A DNA stretch of 64,000 nt from Candidatus Multivorans sp. (GCA_965247095.1 OZ251997.1:288001-352000), one strand, 5' to 3'. Positions 9,194-19,372 are shown, counted from the stretch's first letter. Numbers and translations are program-made. Notes: generated from the letters alone by a model not told the origin.

Positions 9194-10560
9194 GAGGCCT
9201 TCACTCCTGGAACCGCGGCGGCCGGGACGGCGACCGGCTTGCCGACTGAAGGTTCTCTGACCGGAAAGGCGTCGGCGCGCCCGAGCGAGGAGTACCTGAG
9301 TCCGGCCGCGGCCACCCGCTCGGGCTCGTAGAGATTGCGCAGGTCGACGACCTGCGGTTTGCGCAGCAACTGCCGCAGCCGGTCGAGCTCGAGCGCGCGA
9401 AACTGGTTCCACTCGGTGAGGATGACCAGCAGATCGGCGCCCTCGGCGGCCTCGTACTGGTCGCCGCAGTAGACCGCCTCGGGGCGGATGCGGCGGGCCT
9501 TTTCCATCGCGGCCGGGTCGTAGACGCGGACATCGGCGCCGCGGGCGAGGAGTCGATCAAGCACGAACAGGGCCGGCGATTCGCGGATGTCGTCGGTGTC
9601 GGGCTTGAAGGACAGCCCGAGCAGCGCCACCGTCCGGCCCCTGGGATCGCCGAGCACGGACTCGATCTTGGCGAGCATCCGTTCCTGGACCCGGTGATTG
9701 ACCTGGAGCGTCGCCTCGACGATCTCGGCGCGGGCGCCGGCGTCCCGGGCCATGGAGACCATCGCGCGGGTGTCCTTGGGAAAGCAGGAGCCGCCGAAGC
9801 CAGGCCCCGGGCGCAGGAACAGCGGTCCGATTCGCTTGTCGAGGCCCATGCCGTGGGCCACGACCTGGACGTCGGCAGAGGTTAGCTCGCACAGCTCCGC
9901 GACTTCGTTGATGAAGGAGATGCGGGTGGCGAGGAAGCTGTTCGAGGCGTACTTGATCATCTCCGCGGTCTCGACATCGGTGACCACGATGGGTACGCCG
10001 CGGGCGCGCAGCGGTGAGTAGATCTCGAGCATGATGTCGGTGGCGCGCTGATCGCGGCTGCCGATGACCAGGCGGTCCGGGCGCATGAAGTCCTCGATCG
10101 CGGAGCCCTCGCGCAGGAACTCGGGGTTGCTGACCACGGAGAAGGTGCGGCCGTGGCCGATGATCTCCTCGATCATGCGGCCGGTGCCGACGGGCACTGT
10201 GCTCTTGGTGACGATCGCCTTGTAGCCGTTGAGCCTCCCGCCGATCGCCTGGGCCACTTCGCGCACGTAGCGAAGATCCGAGGAGCCGTCCTCGCGGGGC
10301 GGCGTGCCGACGGCGATGAACACGGCCGCCGCGGCTTCAAGCGCGGGCCCCAGCTCGGTCGTGAAGCTCAGTCGGCCCGCTTCCTCGTTCTTCGCTACCA
10401 GGGTCGCCAGGCCGGGCTCGTAGATCGGAATCCGGCCCGCCTGCAACTTGGCGATCTTCGCCTCGTCCTGGTCGACGCAGACGACATCCATGCCGAAGTC
10501 GGCCAGGCATGCGCCCGTGACCAAGCCGACGTAGCCGGAACCTACGACGCAGATTCTCAC
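9190..10560 (-). CDS. ugd: UDP-glucose 6-dehydrogenase
   Basis: [45 protein letters not shown]. Confidence 0.95.
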
Positions 10561-10654
10561 CTGCGCTGTTATATAACAGCGAGTGCGATGCGCCGCTCCC
10601 GCCCTCGGGTTGCGGCACGCACACAGGACATTTCAGAAGAGTCAGGGTGAGTCG

Positions 10655-10891
10655 ATGAAGCGTGGACGACGGCTGAGCAACGCGATAGCGACCCGGAAGT
10701 CGGTGATCACTGCGCCGCGCAGCTTCTCGAAGGTGCAGCGGAACGAGCCGTGCCCGTGCGGCAGCGGCCAGAAGTACAAGGACTGCCACTTCGCCGAGGG
10801 CGAGGCCTTCCTGCGCAAGCTGGGACGCCAGCGCTACAAGGCGCAGCAGAAGGCGGACGGTACGCCCTGGTACGTGCGCTGGCTGACCTAG
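10655..10891 (+). CDS. Small SEC-C metal-binding motif protein
   Basis: [20 protein letters not shown]. Confidence 0.85.
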   Translation: MKRGRRLSNAIATRKSVITAPRSFSKVQRNEPCPCGSGQKYKDCHFAEGEAFLRKLGRQRYKAQQKADGTPWYVRWLT

Positions 10892-10948
10892 CAGCGTGCG
10901 CGGCAGGAAGAATCGGCGTACCCCATGTTCTGCGGCGCACGCTCCTAG
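10888..10948 (+). mobile_element. Repeat family B (MITE-like), 61 bp including both CTAG
   Basis: CTAG...CTAG boundaries with imperfect terminal inverted repeats CAGCGTGCGCGGCAG / CTGCGGCGCACGCTC. Confidence 0.85.
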
Positions 10949-10957
10949 ACCGGCGCC

Positions 10958-11866
10958 CTATACGGGAGTCGGCTCCGCCTTTGCGTCGACCGCGGCGTCG
11001 TGATCCTGCTTGGCCTTCAGAAGTTGCGGCATGACGAGGTCGAGGTCGCGGAGATCCCACATGCCTTCCTTGCTGAACTTCCGGATCACCTTGGGCTGCT
11101 GCATGATGCCGATCCAGCCGCGCATCACGTCGATGATCTGAGCGGTCATGTCCTGACCCGCGTCCGACGCCAGCCAGGCGCATACGGGGGCGATCTGGTT
11201 GGGGCTCTGCTCGGGAGCCTTCTCGTCGACCTGCATGCCCCGTGAGGCGCGCAGTTCAGCCGTCATCCGGGTCGTGGCGCCGGGGGAGATCGTGTTCACG
11301 GTGCAGCCGTACTTCGCGAGCTCCAGCGCCAGCACCCGGGAGAGACCGGCGATACCGGCCTTGGCGGCGGCGTAGTTCGACTGCCCGAAGTTGCCGTAGA
11401 GGCCGGAGACCGAGGAGAAGTTGATGATCCGGCAGCCCGTCCGGTTCGTCCCACGGATGTAGTTGGCGAACGGCCGGCTGCAACAGTAGTGGCCCTTCAG
11501 ATGGACGTTGAGCACCGCGTCCCAGTCCGCCTCTTCCAGGTTGAAGATCGTCCGGTCGCGCAGGATGCCGGCGTTGTTGACCAGAATGTCCAGGGCGCCG
11601 AACGAGTCGATCGCGGTCTGAAAGATGTTCTGCCCACCTTCGACCGTGGCGACCGAGTCGTAGTTCGGCGCGGCTGAGCCGCCGGCGCTCCGGATCTCCT
11701 CGACGACCTCGTCGGCGATGCGTGAACCGCCGGTGCCGTCGGTGGCGCCGCCGAGGTCGTTGACGACCACGTTCGCGCCCTCTTCCGCGAACTTGAGCGC
11801 GATGCCCTTGCCTATGCCGCGTCCGGCGCCGGTGACGATTGCCGTCCTGCCTTCGAGGATTCCCAT
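10958..11866 (-). CDS. SDR oxidoreductase resembling MFE-2-type hydroxyacyl-CoA dehydrogenase
   Basis: TGAGRGIG, VVVNDLGG, NNAGILRDR, GNFGQSNYAAAKAG. Confidence 0.9.
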   Translation of the reverse strand: MGILEGRTAIVTGAGRGIGKGIALKFAEEGANVVVNDLGGATDGTGGSRIADEVVEEIRSAGGSAAPNYDSVATVEGGQNIFQTAIDSFGALDILVNNAGILRDRTIFNLEEADWDAVLNVHLKGHYCCSRPFANYIRGTNRTGCRIINFSSVSGLYGNFGQSNYAAAKAGIAGLSRVLALELAKYGCTVNTISPGATTRMTAELRASRGMQVDEKAPEQSPNQIAPVCAWLASDAGQDMTAQIIDVMRGWIGIMQQPKVIRKFSKEGMWDLRDLDLVMPQLLKAKQDHDAAVDAKAEPTPV

Positions 11867-11944
11867 GATCTTGCTATCTCCGTCGGTTGTCGTGGTCGTT
11901 GGCGGGGTCGGTACTCTAGCCCCTTGGCGCCTCGTCGCGGAAGC

Positions 11945-12826
11945 TCAGGCGACGACCGCGACGCCCTGGCTCACTGCTTCCTCGCCGTTCGCGTTCAGCA
12001 CCCGGAAGGCGATCTGCCGCGCGCCGTCCGTTTCGCCGCCCGGCGCATGCTCGACCTGGATCGATGTACCGGGGATGACCATGGCGGTGAAGCGGCCGTG
12101 CAGGCGCTTCAGGCGGGCCGGATCGCCGTCGCCGTAGGCGCGCAGCACCTCGCGCCCGGCGAGAGCCCAGGTGGCGGTGCCGTGGAGGATGATGTCCGGC
12201 AGGCCGGCCCGGAGCGCGACCTCGCGCTCGGTGTGGATTGGATTCCAGATCCGGGCGCACTCGGTGTAGACGTGGGGCATCTCACGGGGCACGAAGATCT
12301 CGGTCCGGCTCGAGTCGGCGCCGTTCAACCGGAGCCGAGGCACATCGGGCGCCGGCTCGATCTCGGCATTGCCGCCGTCGGTGGCCACGCCGCGAAAGAT
12401 GGAGCGCGACCAGGAAGTGACGACGGGCCGGTCGTCGCCGTCGACCGTCTCCAGGCAGGTGGTCAGCAGGGCGCCGGCGCGGGTGGCCCGGATGCCGGCG
12501 TAGCGGCCGCGCGTGGTCAGCGAATCGCCGGGCCGGATCGGCCGGTGGAAGTGGGAATCCTGGCTGGCGTGGACGCCGCGGACCAGTTCGTCCGCTTCGC
12601 CGCCGAGGAGGTGGCTGCCTCTGCCGTTGCTGACCACCGGCCACTCCAGGGATACGCAGTAGGAGGGCGGCGCCGCGATGCCCCCGCCGCGGGCGTCGTC
12701 GAACACGGACTCGCAGGTGTCGCCGATGCCGGCGGCGTAGGCGAGCGCGTCGCGCACGGTGATCCGGCGCTCGTAGGGCGGCAGGTCGCTGCCGGCCGCG
12801 GCGGTGGAGATCGGCATCTCTAGCAA
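11945..12826 (-). CDS. Double-hotdog MaoC / enoyl-CoA hydratase 2-like protein
   Basis: LAYAAGIG, VHASQDSHFHRPI, WNPIH..VALRAGLPDIILHGTAT, RLHGRFTAMVIPG. Confidence 0.85.
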   Translation of the reverse strand: MLEMPISTAAAGSDLPPYERRITVRDALAYAAGIGDTCESVFDDARGGGIAAPPSYCVSLEWPVVSNGRGSHLLGGEADELVRGVHASQDSHFHRPIRPGDSLTTRGRYAGIRATRAGALLTTCLETVDGDDRPVVTSWSRSIFRGVATDGGNAEIEPAPDVPRLRLNGADSSRTEIFVPREMPHVYTECARIWNPIHTEREVALRAGLPDIILHGTATWALAGREVLRAYGDGDPARLKRLHGRFTAMVIPGTSIQVEHAPGGETDGARQIAFRVLNANGEEAVSQGVAVVA

Positions 12827-12850
12827 CCCGTGGTGGAAGTCCGTGACGGG

Positions 12851-13465
12851 TCAGTCGGTGGCGCCGCCGAGGCGCCGTTCCAGATCCTGGAGCCGGTTCT
12901 TCAACTCGTCGAGTTCGGCCCGGCTGGCGCTGCCGCCGTCTTCTTGCTGCGTTGCGGCAGGCGCCTTCGGTTCGGGTGCGGTCGGTGCGGCCGACCGCTC
13001 CGATCCCTGGCTGCCGTCCGTGCTCCGCCCGGCGCCGAATACGCTATCCGCCTGGCGCATCTGGGCGTGCATCTGCTCGGCGATGGCGCGTGGATCCCAG
13101 AGACGCATCCAGGATGGGTCGGGCGCGAAGGGGTTGGTTCTCATCGTGTCGCGTACGCGTTCGTAGACCTCGCCGGCGCTCTTGAGGTACCACTGGAAGA
13201 AGTCGCGGCCCGCCTGGTCGCGAGCCCTGATCAGGTCGCGCAGGAACTCGAGGGGCGGCCCTCGCTCAGGGTCCTTGGCGCCGTCGACGATGATCTGGGT
13301 CAGCACGTGGCGGGTCACATCCTCGCCCGTCTTCGAGTCGACGACCTGGATGTCCTCACCGCTCCGCACCATCTCGGCGACTCCGTCGAGGTTCACGTAG
13401 CGACTATTGTGGGTGTCGTAGAGCCGCCGGTTCTCGTACTTCTTGATGACGATGGGAGAGGGCAT
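12851..13465 (-). CDS. phaR: PHA synthesis regulator PhaR-like DNA-binding protein
   Basis: IKKYENRRLYDTHNSRYVNL...VVDSKTGEDVTRHVLTQII; C-terminal ELDELKNRL; divergent from phaC. Confidence 0.9.
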   Translation of the reverse strand: MPSPIVIKKYENRRLYDTHNSRYVNLDGVAEMVRSGEDIQVVDSKTGEDVTRHVLTQIIVDGAKDPERGPPLEFLRDLIRARDQAGRDFFQWYLKSAGEVYERVRDTMRTNPFAPDPSWMRLWDPRAIAEQMHAQMRQADSVFGAGRSTDGSQGSERSAAPTAPEPKAPAATQQEDGGSASRAELDELKNRLQDLERRLGGATD

Positions 13466-13535
13466 CTAGCGGGAGGTGCTCATGTCACGAGAGCGGAGGT
13501 CACTTCGTGATGGGTCGGTCGTTGCGCGGGGGGGG

Positions 13536-13582
13536 TTGACACAGTGCAGCATAATGTGCAGGATTATTGCTGCGCTGCACAA
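13536..13582 (+). promoter_or_regulatory. Promoter with overlapping TGC/GCA-rich PhaR-type operator
   Basis: TTGACA (13536-13541), 17 nt, CAGGAT; inverted repeat GCAGCATAAT...ATTATTGCTGC (13546-13573) and TGCTGCGCTGCACAA. Confidence 0.65.
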
Positions 13583-13698
13583 GACGGGCGCTGTCGACAG
13601 ACATCACCGTCATCGGTGCATCCGTCGAAACAGGCCAAACGAGCCGAAACCAACATGGACGTTTCCGACTAAGGATCGTACCACTCAGGAGACTTCAG

Positions 13699-14094
13699 AT
13701 GACGACCAGTACAGCAGCCAGCACGACGAAGAGCCCCATGCAGCCCTGGCGCGGAACGATGATCGACGCCAACCGCCGGGTGCTCGACTTCCAGAAGCGG
13801 GCGTTCGACACCAGCTTCGACATGGTGGCCAGGCTCCAGGAGCGCCGGGAAGAGGCCGTCGGTAACTGGGTCGAGAACGCCGACCGGATCCCGGCAGAGG
13901 CCAAGAGCCTGGTGCAGGAGTGGACCCGGCTGTCCCAGGAGAGCCGCAACGCCTACCGCTCCGCGGTGGAGACCAGCTTCGGCCTCGCCAACAGTTACCT
14001 CGACTCGCTCGCGCCGCAGGCGACCGAGGAGTCGTACTCAGAGCCCCATGGCAGACGACCGGCGCACCGCCAAGCCTGTGAATCCGCCGCCTGA
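13699..14094 (+). CDS. Putative phasin (PHA granule-associated protein)
   Basis: RBS AGGAG before ATG 13699; amphipathic helical 131 aa; first gene downstream of the PhaR-type operator. Confidence 0.55.
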   Translation: MTTSTAASTTKSPMQPWRGTMIDANRRVLDFQKRAFDTSFDMVARLQERREEAVGNWVENADRIPAEAKSLVQEWTRLSQESRNAYRSAVETSFGLANSYLDSLAPQATEESYSEPHGRRPAHRQACESAA

Positions 14095-14443
14095 TCCCTT
14101 CGCCATGTGGCGCGAGTGGGTCACGAAGTCCGAGCATCAGATGAATGCGATGCTCAACGAGATGATGGGGACGGAGGAATTCGCTCGCGCCTCGGGAAGC
14201 TGGGTCGAGGCGATGACGATGTTCCAGCAGACGATGAACGAGAACACCCAGCGCTACTTCCAGATGGTCAACGTGCCAACACGGACGGACGTCAGCGAGC
14301 TCGCCGAGCGTCTGACCGCGGTGGAGGAACGGCTGCAACGGATCGAGGCGCTGCTCGCGACCGCCGTCGGACGTAAGGGACAGAACCAGGCGGTCCGCCC
14401 GGCCCGGACCCGGCGTCCACCGTCCGAACAGCCCGATCGGTGA
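14048..14443 (+). CDS. phaE: PHA synthase small subunit (PhaE-like / class IV PhaR-like)
   Basis: DPFAMWREW, MGTEEFA, NVPTRTDVSELAERLTAVEERL; stop overlaps the phaC start. Confidence 0.72.
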   Translation: MADDRRTAKPVNPPPDPFAMWREWVTKSEHQMNAMLNEMMGTEEFARASGSWVEAMTMFQQTMNENTQRYFQMVNVPTRTDVSELAERLTAVEERLQRIEALLATAVGRKGQNQAVRPARTRRPPSEQPDR

Positions 14444-15531
14444 ACCCGGCGAACCTAAACATGGGCGGCGTCGCAGAGAGCGTTCGACGCGAAATGGAGC
14501 GCACGTTCCGCCGCAGCGTCAAGGGACTGCAGTACATCTCGACCGGCGATCCGGGCGTCGGGTTGACGCCGAAGGACATCGTCCACAGCCGCGGCACCCT
14601 GCGTCTGTACCACTACCGCGCCCGGGTCGACGAGGTCTACCGGACGCCGATCCTGCTGGTCATGTCCCTGATCAGCAAGCCCTACATCCTCGACCTGGCG
14701 CCGGGCCAGAGCTTTGTCGAGTTCCTGCTTGACCGCGGCTTCGACGTCTACATGGTCGACTGGGGCACGCCCAGGTCGGAAGACAAGCGGCTCCGGCTCG
14801 AGGACTACGTGCTCGACTTCATCCCGGAGTGCGTGGAAGCCGTTCATGAGCGCAGCGGCGAGCCCGACGTGTCGATGGTCGGCTACTGCATGGGCGGTCT
14901 GCTGGCGGCGCTCTACGCGGCTCTTCATCCCGACGCGGCGTCGGGCGGCCGGCTCAGCAACTTGGCCTGCTTCACGACGCCGGTCAACTACGACGGCATG
15001 GGCCTGTTCAAGACCTGGACCGACCCGGCCCACTTCGATGTCGACCGGATCGTCGACCGGTTGGGCAACGTGCCGCCGCAGATGCTCTACGCCTCGTTCA
15101 ACGCGCTGCGGCCGGCCTCCCAGGTCGCCGGGCGGGTGCGCCTCTGGGACAACATGTGGAACGACGAGTTCGTGACCTCCTACCGCAGGCTGCAACGCTG
15201 GGCGGCGGATCAGATCCCTTTCCCGGGCGAATGCTTCCGCCAGACGACGAAGGAGTTGCAGCAGCAGAATCTCTTGATGAAGGGCGAGTTCGAGCTCGGT
15301 GGCCGCGTGGTCGACCTGTCGAACATCCGCGTCCCCTTCGTTCACGTGGTGGCGGAGCACGACCACATCGTGCCGTACGAGGCGGCGCGGGACCTGGTGG
15401 GAATGGTCGGCGCCGAAGACAAGCAGGAGATCATGCTCAAGGGTGGCCACGTCAGTCTGGTCGCGGGCGCCAACGCCGTGCGCCGCCTGTGGCCGCGGCT
15501 CGAGGAGTGGTTGGCCGAGCGGTCGGTGTAG
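14440..15531 (+). CDS. phaC: PHA synthase PhaC, class III/IV size
   Basis: VGLTPKD, SLISKPYILDL, VYMVDWG, lipase box GYCMGG, DHIVP, GGHVS. Confidence 0.92.
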   Translation: MNPANLNMGGVAESVRREMERTFRRSVKGLQYISTGDPGVGLTPKDIVHSRGTLRLYHYRARVDEVYRTPILLVMSLISKPYILDLAPGQSFVEFLLDRGFDVYMVDWGTPRSEDKRLRLEDYVLDFIPECVEAVHERSGEPDVSMVGYCMGGLLAALYAALHPDAASGGRLSNLACFTTPVNYDGMGLFKTWTDPAHFDVDRIVDRLGNVPPQMLYASFNALRPASQVAGRVRLWDNMWNDEFVTSYRRLQRWAADQIPFPGECFRQTTKELQQQNLLMKGEFELGGRVVDLSNIRVPFVHVVAEHDHIVPYEAARDLVGMVGAEDKQEIMLKGGHVSLVAGANAVRRLWPRLEEWLAERSV

Positions 15532-15577
15532 GCCGCTTCCAAGCGAAGCACCTGGACTACTGAAGGAGGTCCACGGG

Positions 15578-15959
15578 ATGACTGAACAGAAGAACGAGGG
15601 CGGGGGCAGCTCTGCGCCGCGACATCCGGCACACCGAGGTCGTCGCCGAGATCCGGGTCGTGATCTCCGAGGCAGCGCGCGGCAAGGGCCTCGGCCGGCT
15701 GCTCGTGGAGCAAGCCTTCCAGGCGGCGGTCGCAGCGGGGATCGAGAAGCTCGTGGCCCGGATGACGCCGGATCAGAAGGGTGCGGTCGCGGCCTTCGAG
15801 GGGCTGGGTTTCGTTGCCGAAGGTCTGATGCGGAACCATGTGCGCGACCTTTCCGGCGAGACGCACGACCTCCTGGTCATGGGCCTGGATGTGATTGCGT
15901 TCCACCGCACCCTCGAGAGCTACGGCGTCGGCGAGGCCGCTGCCGCCGGTGGCGACTGA
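15578..15959 (+). pseudogene. GNAT acetyltransferase with out-of-frame start and missing N-terminal part
   Basis: Strong RBS AAGGAGG and ATG 15578 are out of frame with the GNAT core VAEIRVVISEAARGKGLGRLL...FEGLGFVAEG. Confidence 0.6.
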
Positions 15960-16044
15960 CGCCAGGAGCCGCGGCCGGCGCCACGGCGTGCCCCGGGCGC
16001 GCTACGATCCCGGTCCCGAACCGGTTCCCTGAGGAGAACGAGCC

Positions 16045-17583
16045 ATGCGAGACAACGTCGGACTGACCCTGACCAAACGCGCCTCTCTGTCGCCCGACAT
16101 GGAGGGCTTCATCGACGTGGAGACGGAGCGCCGTTTCACGTTCGCGGAGTGGAACCTGCGCTCGAACCGCACCGCCAATGCGCTACGGGAACTGGGCGTG
16201 GGCAAGGGCGATCGGGTGGCGCTGCTGTTGATGAACAGCGTCGAGTACATGGAGACCTTCTTCGCGGTCGCCAAGATCGGCGCCGTCTGTGTGCCGCTGA
16301 ACTGGCGGCTGACGCCTGAGGAGCTCTCGTTCATCATCCGCGACGCCGGCGCCGAGACCCTGGTCTTCGGCGACGAGTTCCAGGCCCAGGTCCTGGACCT
16401 GATCGCGCGCGGCGGCGGCGAGAACGGCACGAAGATCAAGAGGTGGGTCCACGTGGGTCCGGACGAGCAGCGGCCGGACGGCTGCCTCTCTTATCTCGAT
16501 GCCACCTCCGCGGCGAGCGACGCCGAGCCCGAGATCGGGGCGCAGGACGACGACCTGCTCTACATCATGTACACGTCGGGGACGACGGGCCTGCCCAAGG
16601 GCGCCGTCCACACCCACGAGTCGGCGCTGTGGGCCGCTCTGACGATCATGGCCAGTGCCGATACCCGCTACGGCGACCGCTACCTCGTCTCCCTGCCGCT
16701 CTTCCACGTCGGCGCCCTGACCCCGGCCACCGGCAATGTCCACCGCGGCAGCACCAGCGTCGTGATGAGGGCGTTCGATCCGGTGCGCACATGGCAGTTG
16801 ATCGAGGAAGAGAACATCGACGTCATGCTGAAGGTGCCGGCGATGCTCAACTTCATGCTCCAGGTGTACGACCCGGAGCGTTGCAAGCACGAGCGACTCC
16901 GCTGGTGCATGAGCGGCGCCGCGCCGGTGCCGGTCAGCCTGATCGAGGCGTACGAGAAGCTGGGCATCGAGATCCACCAGGTCTACGGGCTGACCGAGAC
17001 CTGCGGACCGGCCTGCCTGATCTCGCCCGAGGACGCCATTCGCAAAGCCGGCTCCACCGGCAAGGCCTTCTTCCACACCTCCGTGCGCGTCGTCGACGGC
17101 GACGGCGCCGACTGCGCCCCCGGCGAGGCGGGCGAGGTCCTGGTCGCCGGCCGCCACCTGATGAAGGAGTACTGGAACCGCCCCGAGGCCACCGCCGAGG
17201 CGATCAAGGACGGCTGGCTCTACACCGGCGACGGCGCCGTGATGGACGAAGACGGTTTCGTCTACATCCAGGACCGGCTCAAGGACATGATCATCTCCGG
17301 CGGCGAGAACGTCTATCCCGCGGAGCTCGAAGAGGTCATCGTCCGCCACCCCAAGGTCCTCGAGGTCGGCGTCATCGGCCGCGAGAGCGAGAAGTGGGGC
17401 GAATCCCCGGTCGCTATCGTCGTCCGCTCCGACGAGAGCCTCGAAGGGCAGGAGGTCCTCGACTTCTGCAAGGACAAGCTGGCCCGCTTCAAGCAGCCGG
17501 TCGCCGTCCACTTCATCGACCAGTTGCCGCGGAACCCGTCGGGGAAGATCCTGAAGCGGCTGTTGCGGGAGCAGTTCAACTGA
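16045..17583 (+). CDS. Long-chain fatty acid--CoA ligase (AMP-binding)
   Basis: YTSGTTGLPKG, YGLTET, GWLYTGD, DRLKDMIISGGENVYP, LPRNPSGK. Confidence 0.94.
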   Translation: MRDNVGLTLTKRASLSPDMEGFIDVETERRFTFAEWNLRSNRTANALRELGVGKGDRVALLLMNSVEYMETFFAVAKIGAVCVPLNWRLTPEELSFIIRDAGAETLVFGDEFQAQVLDLIARGGGENGTKIKRWVHVGPDEQRPDGCLSYLDATSAASDAEPEIGAQDDDLLYIMYTSGTTGLPKGAVHTHESALWAALTIMASADTRYGDRYLVSLPLFHVGALTPATGNVHRGSTSVVMRAFDPVRTWQLIEEENIDVMLKVPAMLNFMLQVYDPERCKHERLRWCMSGAAPVPVSLIEAYEKLGIEIHQVYGLTETCGPACLISPEDAIRKAGSTGKAFFHTSVRVVDGDGADCAPGEAGEVLVAGRHLMKEYWNRPEATAEAIKDGWLYTGDGAVMDEDGFVYIQDRLKDMIISGGENVYPAELEEVIVRHPKVLEVGVIGRESEKWGESPVAIVVRSDESLEGQEVLDFCKDKLARFKQPVAVHFIDQLPRNPSGKILKRLLREQFN

Positions 17584-17635
17584 GGCGGTTCCGAACCAAC
17601 AGCACCATCGTTCAGCTCTCCTCGTTTGGGTCGGT

Positions 17636-19372
17636 CTAGTCCTCCCGCCCCACCCACCAGTTCCGTGTCCCCGGCCGGAACGCGGTGACGCCGGAGGGCC
17701 CGACGACGACGCCGCGCATCCGCTTGCTGAAGCCCCAGGTGGTGCTGTAGTTCCACAGGAACAGGACCGGCTGGTCGGCCTGGACCTGGGCCTGGAGTTG
17801 GCGCAGCAACTCCGCGCGGCGGTCGCGGTCGAGCTCCAGGCGGGAGCGGTCGAACAGGTCGTCGACCTTGGGGTTGCTGTAGCTGTCGTAGTTGCGGCCG
17901 TTGTCGATCGCTTCGGTGTGGAAGTAGTTGCGCCAGATGTCGGGGTCGGCGAAGACCTGGTAGGTGTCGACGTGGGCTGTCATCTCGTGCTGGATCAGGC
18001 GCGGCGAGCGGCTTGCGTTCTCCTGGATCTCGGTGTCGAAGGAGACGCCGATGCGGCGCAGGTCGTCGCGGTAGATGTCGACCATGCGGCGGGCGTCGAC
18101 GAAGGACTGCGGCAGGTTCATCATGAAGTGGAAGCGGACCTGCTCGCCATCGATCTCCTTGTAGCGCCAGCCGTCCTCGGGGTTGCTCAGCCAACCGGCC
18201 TCGTCGAGTAGAGCCGCCGCCTTGTCGAGGTCGTAGTCGATCGGTGCGATGTCCGGGTTGTGGCTCCAGTGGCTGGGCGGGAACATGCCGTTGGAGCGGG
18301 TGTAGACGTTCCAGCTCACCTGGCGCAGCACGCGTTCCGCGTCGTAGGCGTGAGCCATCGCGCGTCGCACCAGGACGTCGCCAAAGAACGGGTTGCTGCC
18401 GCTCTGGTTCCAGCCGATGTAGGCCTGCATCCATCGCGGCCCCCAGGCCTTGACGCCTACCGCATGGAAGTCCTCGTCGTTCGTCTGGCTGCCGTGCTGC
18501 TGGACCGTCAGCCAGATGTCGTCGAGGGTTCCCTTGCGGAACTGGAGCAGGGCGGCATTGCGGTCGCTGTGGGTGGTGATCACCTGCCGGCGAATCGGCG
18601 GCTTCTCGAACGGGTAGTCCTCCCAGCGCTCGACGGCGACGCGGTCGGCGTGGATCCACTCCACGAACCGGTACGGTCCGTTGCCGATGCCGAGTTCCCG
18701 CAGGTAGCGGTTGTAGTAGGCGCTGGAGCGCAGGGTCGGGTCGGCCGCCCGTTCCTCGGGGTTGTTCAGGATGTGGGCGGGAACGATGGGGAAGAAAAGG
18801 TTGTCGATTGTCAGAGCGGTGACCTGCCGGTGGACGACATCGAAGGTGATGTCGTCGATGATCCGGATGTCCTCGATCTCGCTGACCTTGTACTTGTGAT
18901 CCACGGCGGGCACGTTGTCGTCGCTGATCGCCTCCCAGGTGAAGCGGACATCCTCGGAAGTGAGCGGCGCGCCGTCGTGCCAGCGCAGGCCCGCATGGAG
19001 CCGGATGCGGTGGATCCGCCCGCCCTCGAGTTCTTCCACCTCGTCCACCATCGCCGGGTTCCAGACCGCCTCCAGCTTCGAGTTGCGGTGCGCGATCGGA
19101 TCGAACAGCAGTTCGTAGAGAAAACCGTCCGTCCAGGCACGGATGAACAGGGGGTTGAGCGAGGTCGGCTGGTCGAGCGAGTAGCGCGTGATCGTGGCGT
19201 CGGTGTCGACCCGTTCCGGGTCGAGCGGCGCGAAGAGGGAGTCCGGGTTCGCTACCGGGTCGGTGAGCGGGTCGTAGTCGAACATCGCGCTCGTCGCCGG
19301 GCTGCCGAGGTCCCCCATGCAGCCGGCGCACAGCAGCAAGGCGAGTGCGGCGAGGGCGAGTCGAGTGGTCAC
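17636..19372 (-). CDS. ABC transporter substrate-binding lipoprotein (family 5, peptide/nickel-like)
   Basis: Lipobox LLLCAGC, LRWHDGAPLTSEDVRFT, GNGPYRFVEW, YDLDKAAALLDEAGW; GTG overlaps the upstream stop. Confidence 0.9.
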   Translation of the reverse strand: MTTRLALAALALLLCAGCMGDLGSPATSAMFDYDPLTDPVANPDSLFAPLDPERVDTDATITRYSLDQPTSLNPLFIRAWTDGFLYELLFDPIAHRNSKLEAVWNPAMVDEVEELEGGRIHRIRLHAGLRWHDGAPLTSEDVRFTWEAISDDNVPAVDHKYKVSEIEDIRIIDDITFDVVHRQVTALTIDNLFFPIVPAHILNNPEERAADPTLRSSAYYNRYLRELGIGNGPYRFVEWIHADRVAVERWEDYPFEKPPIRRQVITTHSDRNAALLQFRKGTLDDIWLTVQQHGSQTNDEDFHAVGVKAWGPRWMQAYIGWNQSGSNPFFGDVLVRRAMAHAYDAERVLRQVSWNVYTRSNGMFPPSHWSHNPDIAPIDYDLDKAAALLDEAGWLSNPEDGWRYKEIDGEQVRFHFMMNLPQSFVDARRMVDIYRDDLRRIGVSFDTEIQENASRSPRLIQHEMTAHVDTYQVFADPDIWRNYFHTEAIDNGRNYDSYSNPKVDDLFDRSRLELDRDRRAELLRQLQAQVQADQPVLFLWNYSTTWGFSKRMRGVVVGPSGVTAFRPGTRNWWVGRED

